This document shows, in pieces, positions 24,397-36,918 of a stretch of 64,000 nt of DNA (the stretch's first letter is position 1; every line of letters begins with the position of its first letter). The DNA comes from Paramoeba atlantica. Lineage: Eukaryota; Protista; Discosea. The stretch is taken from positions 62,001 to 126,000 of the forward strand of contig CDRNVI010000177.1 in NCBI GenBank assembly GCA_977017575.1, read 5' to 3'. Under the pieces are notes generated by a model, which saw nothing but the letters and a program-made list of their open reading frames with translations, was not told the DNA's origin and made no database searches. Position numbers and translations under genes: made by a program.

Positions 24397-25914
24397 ATGT
24401 ATTCACTTTCAGCATTAATGATTCAGCAGTATCAGGAGAGAACAAGACTGGGGGAGCAGATGCAACCACCAGATGGTTACAAGAGGGAGAAAAGGGGGGT
24501 GGAGCGGAACAAGAAGCTACTTAGGGATCTTGAGAGTGGAAGTGACAGTAGCAAATCAGAGGAAGATGAGGGTTTGGGTGAAGGGGCAAGATCTCCAAAT
24601 TTTCCTTCTGTGGATCAAATGCTTGAGAGTTGGTTGTTGAAAAGAGATGAAATTGAGCATCAGTTAGATGAATTAACAAATTTAATCCTGACTGATGAGG
24701 CTTTCACTGAGGAGTTTGACAAACTTGAGAGGAATTTGAAATGATTAAAGTCAAGTATTTCAAGGCAATGTGAGGAGCAGCAGAACTTTGGGGAGCAAGG
24801 ACAGAGGAGGTCAGGGGCTACCAAATTAAAAGAGGAGGGCAACTACATTGAACCAAGGAGGAAAGATTTTGTGACTCATTATGGGAGAGATTTGCAACCC
24901 CTTCCAAGTGAGAATACTGTACCAAACCATCAGTGGGATTGATTGGTAACAGATGTGAGGTTTCTTCATCCAAGTCCAGAGGATTCAACAAGGGTTGGTG
25001 GAACTTGTGGTTCAAATCAACAGAGTTCATTGGCTGGTGCTGAAGTTAAAAGTGCTGAGAGGTCAACAACAATTAATGATTTAAATTCACAGGTTTGAAG
25101 AATAACTTTGGATGAGTCTACAAGAGGGACAGAGTTAAAAACACTGAAAAAGGTGGACAACATACCAAAGTTGAACACAAAATGGGACCTAAAAGCCTGT
25201 GATGTGTTGGTATTTCTGAGAGATTTTCAAGCAGCAATGGGTAATCAAGTGCCAGGTGATTCTTTATGGATGCAGTATTTGAGATCAGCAGTGGAAGGTC
25301 CAATGAAACCACAATTGCAAAGATTAAGGAATATTTCTTATCAAGAGTTGCTTCTGTTTGTATTGGAAGGAAATAGCTTGGGCTCAAGCTGGAAGAGTAA
25401 GGTTCAGAAAGAAATGCAAATGGTAAGACAGATGGAAAATGAGAAAATTCTTGATTTTGCAGAGAGGTTGGTGATGTACCTTGATTACTTGAAAATAGAT
25501 TTGGATTCAGTTGAAGTGAAGATGAAGTTGAATGAACCTGTTTTAAAAGTTTATTGAGTTCTGTGGGAGGAGCAATTTGGAGAAGAGTTTGTTGAGAATG
25601 AATGTGTTATGTGGAATGTTGTGACAAAGTGGGTGCAGAATGCAGAAGGATGGCATTGATATTTGGTGGTGAAGGACCAACTGAAACCTTACCAGGATTG
25701 ACCACCATCTGCTGTGTGTTTTGAATGTGGAGAAAAGGGACATATGAGAAGAGATTGTTCACAGAGAGAAGAAGAAGAAGAAGAGGATAGTGGGGGTTTC
25801 TTTGTGGTTGATGGGAAGAAGTATCTTTTTCACTGGAGATGTTAGTGTTGTGGAGGCAACTATCATGAGACAAAAAATTGTTTGGAGCTGAAGGATCATT
25901 ATATCCCTGGTTGA
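24397..25914 (+). pseudogene. Gag-like protein with CCHC zinc knuckles, decayed
   Basis: One frame for ~505 codons, interrupted by 6 TGA and 1 TAG with no frameshift. Contains CFECGEKGHMRRDC and CxCCGGNYHETKNC. Flanked by direct repeats. Confidence 0.75.
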
Positions 25915-25985
25915 GTGTTAAGTTGTTTTTTGTTTTGTTGGTTATGAAGTGTTTCTCAGTTGAGAAAACACTTGAGGGGTATTGA

Positions 25986-26213
25986 GTTGTTACCTGAAGT
26001 GTTTTGAAAGAATGTTTGTTTGTTTGGGATTTGAACTTGAGGGGTTGTCTTATTTTGAATGTTTTTATTTGTAAGTGTTTGTTGAATATTCTTGTTCTTG
26101 AAGAAAGATATGTTTTCTTTTTTAGTTTTCCTTTTCATAAAAGAGCCTTGTAAATCATCTTGAGTCTTCCTGTGATTGATTTGTTTGAGGCTTGAAAGTA
26201 GTACAACTCAACT
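25986..26213 (+). repeat. Direct repeat, right of gag
   Basis: Partner of 24215-24346. Confidence 0.8.
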
Positions 26214-27059
26214 GTCTTGGAGGGAGTTAAGAAAGTAAAAGAGAGATGGATTGATCTTGTTAAATTTATTAAAGAAAAAAGGAGGTACAACAACAAATTG
26301 AAGAGGAATTTAATAGTGAGAAGGAGCTTTGAGGGGAGGAGTGAGGGTTACTAAGTGACTACATGGAGAAGGGTTTTTCTGGGTTCAATGTACATCCAAA
26401 ATGAATGGAGAAGATACCATTAAAAGAGGAATTGTGAGGGATTGTACTTAAGTTGTTCCTCTAAGTTTTGAAGACTGTGGACCAAACTGTAAGGGGTTAC
26501 AGTGGTTAGAAAGATAGCTAAAGAAGTGAAGATTGATGGTAGATATTGGAAAGTTTGCAAACTCTCCAACTTTCTAAGATGAGAAATTGAAGAGTTTTGT
26601 AATATCTAACAAAATGAATGTTTACCTTGGGCTTAAAGAAGAAGTATTTCCATCAAAAATTGTTAAGAAAAGCAGCAAGATGGGCTGAAATAGTGTTAAT
26701 TAATACAAAATCAAAAAAAAAGAAGTACAGTTTGGAGGTATGAGGTTCTACTGTTTGGTTTCACTTTCCCCATTTTATGTAATTAATTAAAGTAACCCAG
26801 CTTTGCTTGTTTCTACACTTCTGACAAACACCTTTTCTCAACCAACCTGTCTTGTCATCTTTTTTTCTGAGTAAGAAATTTAAATTTAATAAAATTGATA
26901 TTTAAAATTATTTCTTTTTCTTTTTTTTCTTTTTTCTTTTTTTTTTTACTCTTTTTTTCTCTTTTTTTCTCTTTTTTTCTCTTTTTTTCTCTTTTTTTTT
27001 TTACTCTTTTTTTCTCTTTTTTTCTTTTTTTTTTTTCTCTTTTTTCATTTTTCATTTTT

Positions 27060-27510
27060 TCATTTTTGATTATTTTCCAATCACTTTTTTCAATGTATAA
27101 ATCAATATTTGTATTATTTTCATTTTTTCTCAATTATTATTTAGTTTTTGATGTTTAAAATTTAGTTATCAGACAAGTTACAAATAAAATTGTATTTTTT
27201 ACACAATTTTACAATCTATTTGATTTATTTACAAAAAAAAAAACATATTTCCCTTTGTTTTTGATTATTTCCCAACCACTTTTTCAATGTCTATTTGTAT
27301 TATTTTCATTTTTAGAAAATTGTTATTTAATTTTTGATGTTTAAAAGTTCATTTTCAGACAAGTTACAAATAAAATTGTATTTTTTACACAATTTTACAA
27401 TCTATTTGATTTATTTACAAAAAAAAAAACATATTTCCCTTTGTTTTTGATTATTTTCCAATCACTTTTTTCAATGTATAAATCAATATTTGTATTATTT
27501 TCATTTTTTC
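27060..27510. repeat. AT-rich tandem repeat, ~186-190-bp unit, ~2.4 copies
   Basis: agacaagttacaaataaaattg at 27171 and 27357. Confidence 0.85.
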
Positions 27511-27513
27511 ACA

Positions 27514-28097
27514 AAAAATAAATCAAATACATCAATTCAAAACAATTAAGAAATTTGATTGAACCAACTTAAAAAATATCATAGATCTGAAATATAAGTT
27601 CTAAAAATATCAGAGAATCAGAAAATAAATTAAGGAATTACATTCAATATGGAGACATAATTAAGAAATTGAAATTACAAAAAATTAATGTGAAAAAAAG
27701 AAAATAAAAAATAAATCAAATACATCAATTCAAAACAATTAAGAAATTTGATTGAACCAACTTAAAAAATATCATAGATCTGAAATATAAGTTCTAAAAA
27801 TACCAGAGAATCAGAAAATAAATTAAGGAATTACATTCAATATGGAGACATAATTAAGAAATTGAAATTACAAAAAATTAATGTGAAAAAAAGAAAATAA
27901 AAAATAAATCAAATACATCAATTCAAAACAATTAAGAAATTTGATTGAACCAACTTAAAAAATATCATAGATCTGAAATATAAGTTCTAAAAATATCAGA
28001 GAATCAGAAAATAAATTAAGGAATTACATTCAATATGGAGACATAATTAAGAAATTGAAATTACAAAAAATTAATGTGAAAAAAAGAAAATAAAAAA
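27514..28097. repeat. AT-rich tandem repeat, 193-bp unit x3, near-perfect
   Basis: aatcaaatacatc at 27521, 27714 and 27907. Confidence 0.92.
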
Positions 28098-29769
28098 TTC
28101 AGAAAAATTCTCAAATTGTAGGAGAAATATTTCTCTGGGCCATATTAAGGGAAGAAAGAGAATTGCAATCCACCAGCACCAAGTTCAAGAGTTCTTACCC
28201 ACTCCTCCTCTTCTTCTTTTCCTTTTTCATCATTCTCCTCATCCTCCTCAGTCTTCTTTGCAAGCAAGGAGGTCATGAAATGAAATTTCCTCAGGAAGAT
28301 CAATCAAATGATGAACTTTATCAACAAAAAGATCAAGGTCATCCAACACTTTGATGTGTGGTGGGCAGCAAATAAAATAACCACAAGCAGGTTGGCTTTC
28401 CTTGTTTCAATCATGACCACTTCATAAACCACCAGAAAATTCTCCACCACTTCCACAAAACCAGATTGCCCAATTTTATCAAAGAATTTGGGGGCCAATA
28501 AAGAAAAACAACCATTTTCATTCAAAACAAAATGTTCAACAACAATTTGCAATTTTCAGTGTTTCAATCACTGGTTCCAGGAGGTGAGTCCTTCTCTAAT
28601 AATTTTTCAATCTAAAGCCTTTTTTAATTGTCTTCACCATTTCTCCTCAAACAAGGAAGGAACAGCAATGAATGGTCCAGCATAAGTCATTGCTTTGTAG
28701 TTTGGTCCTTGACAATATTTACACTCAGCCTGCACTACTTTCAAGAATTGCTTCTTTATGGGTTTCATGAGCCTTTTTTTCAAAAAAAAAAAAGATCAGT
28801 TTCAAGAAGAGGGTCTTTGAATTCAAAATCCAAAAGAATTTTGGGGATTGAAAGAAATACCTGTCTTAATCAAAGTTGTACAACAATTTTTTTGAGCAAT
28901 TTCAAGGGCCAGGATGATTCAACTCCAAAACAAAAGAACAAAAAAAGAAAAAAGTCTTTGTTATGGTGCTACCTGCACAACTTTGGGCATGTTTGCACTC
29001 TAGAAAGAGAGAAAGAATGGTGGTGAGAAAGGGAGAAAGGAAAGACAAAAGAAAAACAAAGAATTCAAAAATCCCAAAAGAGAAAAGAAGAATGAAAGAG
29101 AAAGAAAAGAAAAACAAAAACAAAGTGAAAAAGACAAAAAGACAAAAAAAAAAAAAGGAGGGGGGGGAGGAAAGGAAAAAAAAAAGAGATTTCAAAAGAA
29201 AAAGAAAAGAAAAAAAGAGGAAAAAAAAAAACTTTTTCCCCCTTGAAAAACAACAAACAACAAACCACAAACCAACCACACCACCAATCACTTCCCACTT
29301 CATCTGAATCAATACCCACTCTTCCCTCTTCCTCTCAAACCCCACCTTCAAAAGCTCTGCTCCCCACCCCTGACATAACAAAAGATTTTCAAGATTGCCA
29401 CAGCCATGCCTCTTGATCCTGGGCACCCTCAAACCAGATAGCACAGAAAACTTTTGGTTCCCAAAACTTCACTCAGAAAAGAGTTGCAGCCAAGAAGGAG
29501 AGCAAGAAAAAGAAAAAGAAGGAAAAAAAGAAGAGGTCAGAGAAAGAGAAAAGGAAGGAAAAAGACAAAGAGAACCCCAAAAAAGTGAGAGAGCAGGAGC
29601 AGAAACAATGAAGAAAGAGAGAAAAGAAAGGAAGAGAATGAAAAGAAAAAGAAAATAGAGAAGGAAAAAAAACAGGAAGGAAAAAGAATGGAAAAAAAGA
29701 GGAAGAAAGAGAAAAATCAGAAAAAGAAAAGAATGAAAGAAACAGAAAAGAAAGAGAAAAAGAACTAAA

Positions 29770-32700
29770 TTGAATGGACAATCCTCAGGCCCAGAAGACA
29801 ACTTCACATCCTCCAAAATTCCTTGGCAATTGCTCATACTGAAGATGCAGAGGCCAACACCAAAAAGTAATAGTCTCCTGATGCAAGAAGTGCCTCCTTA
29901 CATTCTGCTCCTTTTCCCACCACAGGAAGTCACAAACTCTCTGTCACCCTCTTCCTCCCCCCCCCCCCCCAACCTCTCCCATCCCTAACCTCCCCTCCCT
30001 GCTCTCCCTCCAATCCCCCCTCCCACCCTCCCTCCCCAATTCCCTCCCACCCTCCCTCCCCACTTCCCTCCCCCCCTCCCTCCCCACTCCCCTCCCCCAC
30101 TCCCTATCCCACTCTTCATCTCAATCTTAATCCTGATCTCAATCCCTCCAGCACCCCTCCCCCTTCCTGTAACAACCCTGAATGCAATGGTAAAGCAGAA
30201 GTTGGCTCCCACATCTCCTGTAACCACTGCCAAATGCATTATTGTTCAACACAATGCCAAAACAGCACAGAAAACCATCCCATCACCCCTTTTCCTCCTC
30301 CCCCATCTCACCCCTCACCTCACACACCTCTCCACCCTCCTTCCCATCCACCTCATTTGCCCCCCCCCCCAAGCCCACCTCACCACCTCTCTTCCCACAC
30401 CCCCTCTCACTCCCCTCTTGCTCCCCCTCCCCAACAACTTTCCCACCACCCTTCTTCTCATGGCCCACCTTCTTTTCAACAAACTCCTCCCTCCCTCTCC
30501 CTTATCCTTGAACTCTTCGAAAATGGCTCCTTTGAAGATATAGTCTTAACTGTCCCCCACTTCAGAAACTTGGATTGCACAAGAACAAGCTCCCTCCAAA
30601 CATGCAGAGCTCGTGACCTCCTTGGACTTGGAATCAACCACTTCTTTGGTGGCCAACAGAAAAACTAAGACCTTACTCCCATTCTCTCCTCAGATTTCAA
30701 AAATGCTCAACAAACAAAGCAAGATGAGATATCGTCCCCCTTCTCTTGAATCGCAAGTAGCACAGGGAGAATAGCCTTTCTCCTACAGTTCTGGCAACAC
30801 TGGAAACCTGCACCACAGCCTCCCGAAATCTTGCTCACAAATGTCAAAGACAACTTCTTTTTCATCTGTGGGGATGGATCTGTTGCTACCAACCCAAATG
30901 GATGGTGTGTTGGAAGCTCATCACTCTGTGTCATTCATGAGAACAAGGAAATTGTCCACTCTCTCATCCATTCTCCCAAGCCCTGAAAACCATATTAACT
31001 GGAGAAACCGCAAGAACAACTCTTTGGCAGATAGGATCACAAGTTTAGCAGTACACAGAGGATGCCCTGACAACACCTGGAGAATCACACCCATCCTCAA
31101 CCCAGACCCACAACACATCCAACAACTCTTCTTCAATCATGGGCGCTCTACAACCCTTCCTCATGGAAGCAAAGAAGAGACTACAATGAACTTCATCCTC
31201 TCTCTTGAAGGAGACTCCTTCTCAAAACACATCCCCCTCTGCTACATGGACTCAGTACCACTCTGCCTTCATGATACAGTCATCAAAACTTTTTGTGCTG
31301 TACGACACCTCTTTCATAAGATACCCCAACTCCTGATCCTCCTCCCAAAATGGATCTTTGGCTGCCTTAGAAGGGGTACTTGAGGAATGAAAGAAGTGAA
31401 ATCTCGATGCACCATGGTGCGAAATTTTGAGTGGAAGAGATTCCACAAAAAACTTGAGGGCAAGCTCAGCAAACTCAAGCAAAAGAGGAGGCAGAAGTCA
31501 ACCAAGAAAACCAAGACAGACCAGATTATTGAAAAGGTCAGAAAAGGACATCTCTCCAAAGCTGCAAGGAAGCTTCAATCCAAGAGTGGATTCAGGGATC
31601 TCTCAGTCCCAGAAAATTGTGAAACTGTGAAGAACCTCTACCCAAGATCTGAGCAGGTGTGGACTCCACCAGATTGAGCCGAAATTCCTGACTGGAAACC
31701 AGCAATCCTTGAACAAGATGAGTTTCAGTCCTTTGACTCACTTGATCTGGCCCTTTGGAGACTTCCAAAAGGCCGCACACCAGGGCTCTCAGGAATGTCT
31801 TATGAGTTTGTCACACTCCTATGCACAGACCAAGAACTCCACTCAACCCTCAAAGAATTGACTGTCTTAATCACCAACCAAAAACTCAATGAAACCATAC
31901 ACAACATCATGGCAACCTCTCTCTTCATTCCTCTGGCAAAAGGGGACAAAGGGATCTGTCCAATTGGTGTTGCTGAAGTTCTCAAGAGGTGGGCAGCGAT
32001 TGCACTTGTTCTTGAAGTCCAACACAAGGGAATTCCTGAGAAATTGTCCCATCAGTATGGTGTATGCTTGCCAAGTGGTGCAGAAATGGTCCACAAAGCA
32101 ATATCACAGCCTATCTCCACCTCCACCCACAACATTATGCCACAGAACTGGACATTGTTAATGCCTTCAATTCCATCTCAAGAAAAACCATCTTTGAGAG
32201 CACAGTCCAGCTGGCCCCTGTATTACTTCCATACCTCTACACCTTCTATTCTTCAGTAACACCCCTCACTCTCTCATGACCAGAACCACACCCTCACCAT
32301 GGAGGAGGGTGTCCAGCAAGGAGATCCCCTCAGGACAATTTTCTTTTGTCTGGGATTTCATGGAATCCTCAATCCAATCTTTCAGAAGGTTGATGCTCCA
32401 CCAAATGCACTTCTTCTTCTCCTCTTTGTTGATGATGTATTTGTTTGTGGGAGCCTGGTTGCCATTGCAGAAATCACCACTCAGATCCAGAGTGTCCTCC
32501 CAAATGCCAACCTCAAACTTGGCACAGAAAGGGGCAAAATGGTCTGTTTTTCTCCCAAAGCGCCCAGGAGCAATGACCTCAAAAATCTTGGCATTGGGAA
32601 GGCGGAAGTAATCACAGTTCTAGGGTCACCCATTGGGCTGAACACTCAAATTTCCAAGTGGCTTCACACCCTTGCTCAAGAATACCAACAAGCATCACAA

Positions 32701-34424
32701 GACCACTGTTTAATAATGTTCTCCAACCCCCATGAAAGTCTCGAGCTTTTTGTCAAAACCATCACACCCAAACTAACATACATCTGCCACACAACACCTC
32801 TCTCTTTAACCCCTTTCCAAGACTTCATCAAGCAAACCACTACAACAAACATCAATTACCTCCTCAACCCCCTCCAAGTCCCCCACCTGCATCCAAACAA
32901 AGAACTCCATCTCTCTCGAGTAGAAGCTGCAGGCCTTCCAAAGTCAAAAGGTGGTGGTGGCTTGAGCTACTCTCAGAACACCCACCAAGCAGCCTTCCTT
33001 GGCTCCTGGATCTCAGTCTACCGATCCTGCTCTGAGTTCAAACCTGAACTTATCAACCTCTTTGAAGACTTCTGGAAGAGTGACTCACCCCAGCGCCAGG
33101 CTCTCCACCAAGCATATGACCATTTTGAAAGCTTCATCTCGAGCGAGTGGAAACTGCCAAGTGGTACCTCTGTCCATGAGCTCCTAACTCGATTGACAGA
33201 GCCACCATCTGACTCAATGGGCACTGGAGAAAACTACAAACCACAGAAAGAAGAAGTTCACCTCCTGTGAACTTCAGGATGTCAAAAAGAAGATCATGGA
33301 CCCAACACAAGACAAAAACCTCTGCCGTGCAATCCGTGAGAATGAGGTTGGCCCCACCACCCACTTGTGGATGACAGCCTACCCAGACAAGGACACCTCT
33401 GGGCCAAAGCCATATTGAGCCTTAAATGCTGAAGATTTTCGCTCAGCCTACCGATGTAGGCTTGACATAGTTGACCCACACCTTGGGGCTCTCTGCAAAC
33501 TGGGACTGTCAAGTGTGGATTCTGTGAAAAAGAACTCTGTGCTGCATCCTCCCTCCACCTCTCAGATTGCACCAGTCGTGGAAGAGGAACCACACAAGAA
33601 GACACCATGCTCTCCGTGAAAGAACTCAAGAACATTGCCAGCTGGGCGGGAAAAACAACAATCCGAGATGGAGCCTACCGGCCAATCAGGAAGTCACACA
33701 AGCAACCTGATCTTACAATCTGCGAGTGGCAAGGCGACCAGGATCTGTGTATTGATGTCCGAGTTGTGTCAACCCACAAAACCCCCCACTTTCGCTGTGT
33801 GATCCAAACACCCACCAAAACCCACTCTGACCCCCCATACTCGACACCCTCTCACCTGCACACCATGCCAGGATCATGAAACACAGAGAATATGTGGACA
33901 GATGTCTGACTGAAACAGACTTTAATGCAGGAAGGGGCAGAGACACCCCTGAGGAGAAATGGACCCTTAAACAAATAACTCTTTCCGATCTCCAAGGTGA
34001 AGTCATCTTCCTTCCAGCATCTTCATCCTCAAGGTGGTGGAATATCCCCTGACATTAGTGCACTCCTACGATCCCTTGCCTCAATTGCCCTCCAAAACGA
34101 CCGGGTCCTGGATGCCAACCCCCTCCCCCTCTTCTTAAGAACAGCAAAGAAGAAGATTTCAGCTGCACTAATGAAAGCAATGGCAAAACACATGATGAGC
34201 ATATGGGAAAATCTAAAACCCAGCAACCCCCTTTTGACCCATCACTCTCTGTGCTTCTCATCATCTCTCAATCCAAATGACATTTCCATTCCCCCCTCTT
34301 CTTTCCACATGTACTACCCCCTTTTTCTGCAGTTCCTCCTCTCACTGGGTGAGATATTCTGCTGAATGTGCAACCATTCCCTTCTCTTACAACCATCTAT
34401 TTCGAATAAAAATCTCTTTCATTG

Positions 34425-34461
<37 letters not shown>
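29770..34461 (+). mobile_element. CRE-clade-like non-LTR retrotransposon (RT + CCHC + restriction-like endonuclease), disrupted
   Basis: GHLSKAAR, PKGRTPGLSG, QYGVCLPSGAE, ELDIVNAFNSISR, GVQQGDPL, FVDD, GGGL, CGFC-x10-H-x3-C and QPDL..IDVRV..KHREY. AATAAA at 34405 and A37 tail at 34425-34461. The 5' end is uncertain. Confidence 0.85.
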
Positions 34462-34464
<3 letters not shown>

Positions 34465-34487
34465 AGAAAAAAAAAAGAAAAGAGAAG

Positions 34488-34605
34488 GTCTTCAGCACTC
34501 GGGATTCGAATGTGGTCACCCACCATTCTACTAACCGAGCCCACAGCTGCTTAACTTCCGAGTTCTGATGGGATCGGGTGCTTTCAACTGGGTATGACCG
34601 AAGAC
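34488..34605 (-). rRNA. 5S rRNA
   Basis: Identical to the copy at 10824-10941. Confidence 0.97.
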
Positions 34606-35241
34606 ACTTTCTCTTCTTTTTTTTCTTCTTTTAATATCAATCCAAATTAATAAAAAGAAAAGAGAAAGAGAAAAGAAAGATGAGAGAAAAGAAAGAAAAG
34701 AGAAAAGAGAAAAGAGAAAAGAGAAAAGAGAAAAAACCTCAATGGAAAGAGAGAAAAAGTGGTGGAATTTCAAAAAAAGAAAGAAAAAAATAAAGAAAAA
34801 ACAAAGAAAGAGAAGGAAAAAAAATTAACAACCTACAAAAAGAAAGATAAGAAAAGACAGAAGAAAAGAGAAAGAGGAAAAAGAAAGACTGAGGAAAACC
34901 AAAAAAAAACAAACGAACAAAAAAACACAAAAAACAAAAAAAGAAAAACGGACCTCTATTTTGGGTCCGAATATGATGGACCTCTATTTCAGGTCCTATC
35001 AGAGCTTTTTTTCTTTTTTTTTTTTCTGTGTGTGTTTTTGGTTGTTCTTTCAGTGATTTTTTTTGTTTTTTTTTGTTCAATTTTGATTGGTGTTCCTTCT
35101 CGCCACACCCCCCCCCCTCTCATTCCCTCGTGAACGACAACAAACACAATCAACCACACCCTCAGGTTTTGTTTTTAATTCAAAACATTTCTTTTTCTGG
35201 ATAACTTGAAACAGAAAAAACAACTATCAATCAATCAAAAT

Positions 35242-36003
35242 ATGGTGATGAGAATTCAGTTGATGTCGATTATCGAAAGAGAAGAAGAGTGGTGGGAAGT
35301 TCGAAACACTGAGAATGGAAGAGTGTGTTCTGTTCAAGCTCAAGACTTTCAAAGTCTGCGAAGGAAGATCCAGGATGAGAAAGTGGGGGATGAAGTTTCT
35401 GAGAACCCTCAGAAAAGACTCAAGGAACAACAGAAGAGAGAGAAGAAGATTGAAATGCTCAGTAAACGTGATGAGAAACTGGCAGATCAGATTGATGTTC
35501 TTGAAGAAAAGATTGTGGCTCTCCAACGAAGAAAGGAACAGTTGACTGAAAACAAAACTCAAGTTCGAGAGAATCTTGTTGATTTGAAAAGTCAAGAGGA
35601 CGACATTGTTGGTGACAAACATGAGGAGGAGATTGAAGAAGTCCAATTGTCTGAGGAAGAAGAGGAAGAAGAGGAAGAAGAGGAAGAAGAGGAAGATTAT
35701 GGTAAACCAAGATCATTTGGGCAATCGAGAAAGCTTCAGAATCAACGACGAAACATCGAAAGAAGACTTTGTAATCTTGAAGCAAAAGAAAAGAAGTCAA
35801 AAAAGATGATGGAAACAGAAATTATTCTCAAGAAACGTTTGGAAGAAATCACAGAGAGGTTGGCGACTGGACCAGAAGAAGAAGAAGAAGAGAAAGACAA
35901 AATGTTTAGAAATAAGAGAAAAGGAACTCGACGTTCCTCCCCACCACATGATTCGAAAAAGAAGTTTTTCAATTCTCCTCCAAAAGAAAGAAGACGAAAA
36001 TAA
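35242..36003 (+). CDS. PB1-family paralogue 3 with an in-frame deletion of the acidic half of PB1
   Basis: RRKIQD is joined directly to EKVGDE; 201 bp (67 codons) are missing relative to paralogue 1. The ORF is otherwise open. Confidence 0.7.
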   Translation: MVMRIQLMSIIEREEEWWEVRNTENGRVCSVQAQDFQSLRRKIQDEKVGDEVSENPQKRLKEQQKREKKIEMLSKRDEKLADQIDVLEEKIVALQRRKEQLTENKTQVRENLVDLKSQEDDIVGDKHEEEIEEVQLSEEEEEEEEEEEEEEDYGKPRSFGQSRKLQNQRRNIERRLCNLEAKEKKSKKMMETEIILKKRLEEITERLATGPEEEEEEKDKMFRNKRKGTRRSSPPHDSKKKFFNSPPKERRRK

Positions 36004-36884
36004 ATAACAAAATCTCTTTAATGGAATCAAATTTTTTGTGCTCTTTTTTTTATCAAGAAAAAAAGTTTATTTCTTTTCTTTTTTCTTTTTTCTTTTTTCT
36101 TTTTTCTTTTTTTTTCTTTATTCACTCCTCTTCTTTTCTCTGTTGGTTATCTCATTGTAATTTTTCTCCTTTCTTTTTTCGTCAAAAAGAATGTGTCAGA
36201 TAGATGGTTGGGGGAGAGATCTTGATACTCTCTGGGTGCTAATTTGTGAAAATCCGGACCCAGAATACATCATCTTTCCCAAATAAAAAAACACCTCTTT
36301 TGTCTCTTCTTTTTTTTTGAAGATTCACTTATCTGTGAGACTGTCTTTTTTTTCAAAAAAGAAAAAGGAAAAGAAAGGGAAGGGAAAGAGAGAGAAGAGA
36401 GAAGAGAAAGAGAAAGAGAGAAGAGAAAGAGAAAGAGAGAAGAGAAAGAGAAAATGGAAAGAGAAGAAAGAGAAAAATGAGAAACTGTGAAGAAGAAATC
36501 GAAAACAAAAGGAAAGAAATCAACAAAAAGAAAAGGAAAGAAGAGAAAAAGAAAAAAGGGGGGAAAGGGAAAAAAGAAAAGAGAGACCCCATCAAAAAAG
36601 GGAAGAAAGGGGAACGAGAAAAAGGGGACAAGAAAAAGAGGAACAAAAAAAAGTGAAAAAGTGAGAAAGTGAAAAAGTGAAAAAAAAAAAAAAGAGAAGA
36701 GATAAAAGTGAAAAAGAGAAGAAAAAAACAAGAAAAGTCAATGAAATAAAAAGAAATAAAGAGAGAACCCCATCCGGTCCCATTCACAAAGGGCAAAAAA
36801 GTTTGAGAAAGAGAAAAGAAAAAAAGAAGGAAAAGAAAAAAAGAGAGAGAAAAGAAAAAGAGAGAGAGAAAAGAAAAGAGAGAG

Positions 36885-36918
<34 letters not shown>

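Noticed and set aside
24397-25914. TGA reassigned to a sense codon
   Set aside because: In-frame TGAs concentrate in CpG-depleted elements and at Arg positions, and a TAG and frameshifts occur as well. Not formally excluded, since the intact host genes here end in TAA or TAG.
27060-28097. CRISPR-like array
   Set aside because: The units are contiguous tandem repeats without unique spacers, in a eukaryotic context with no cas genes.
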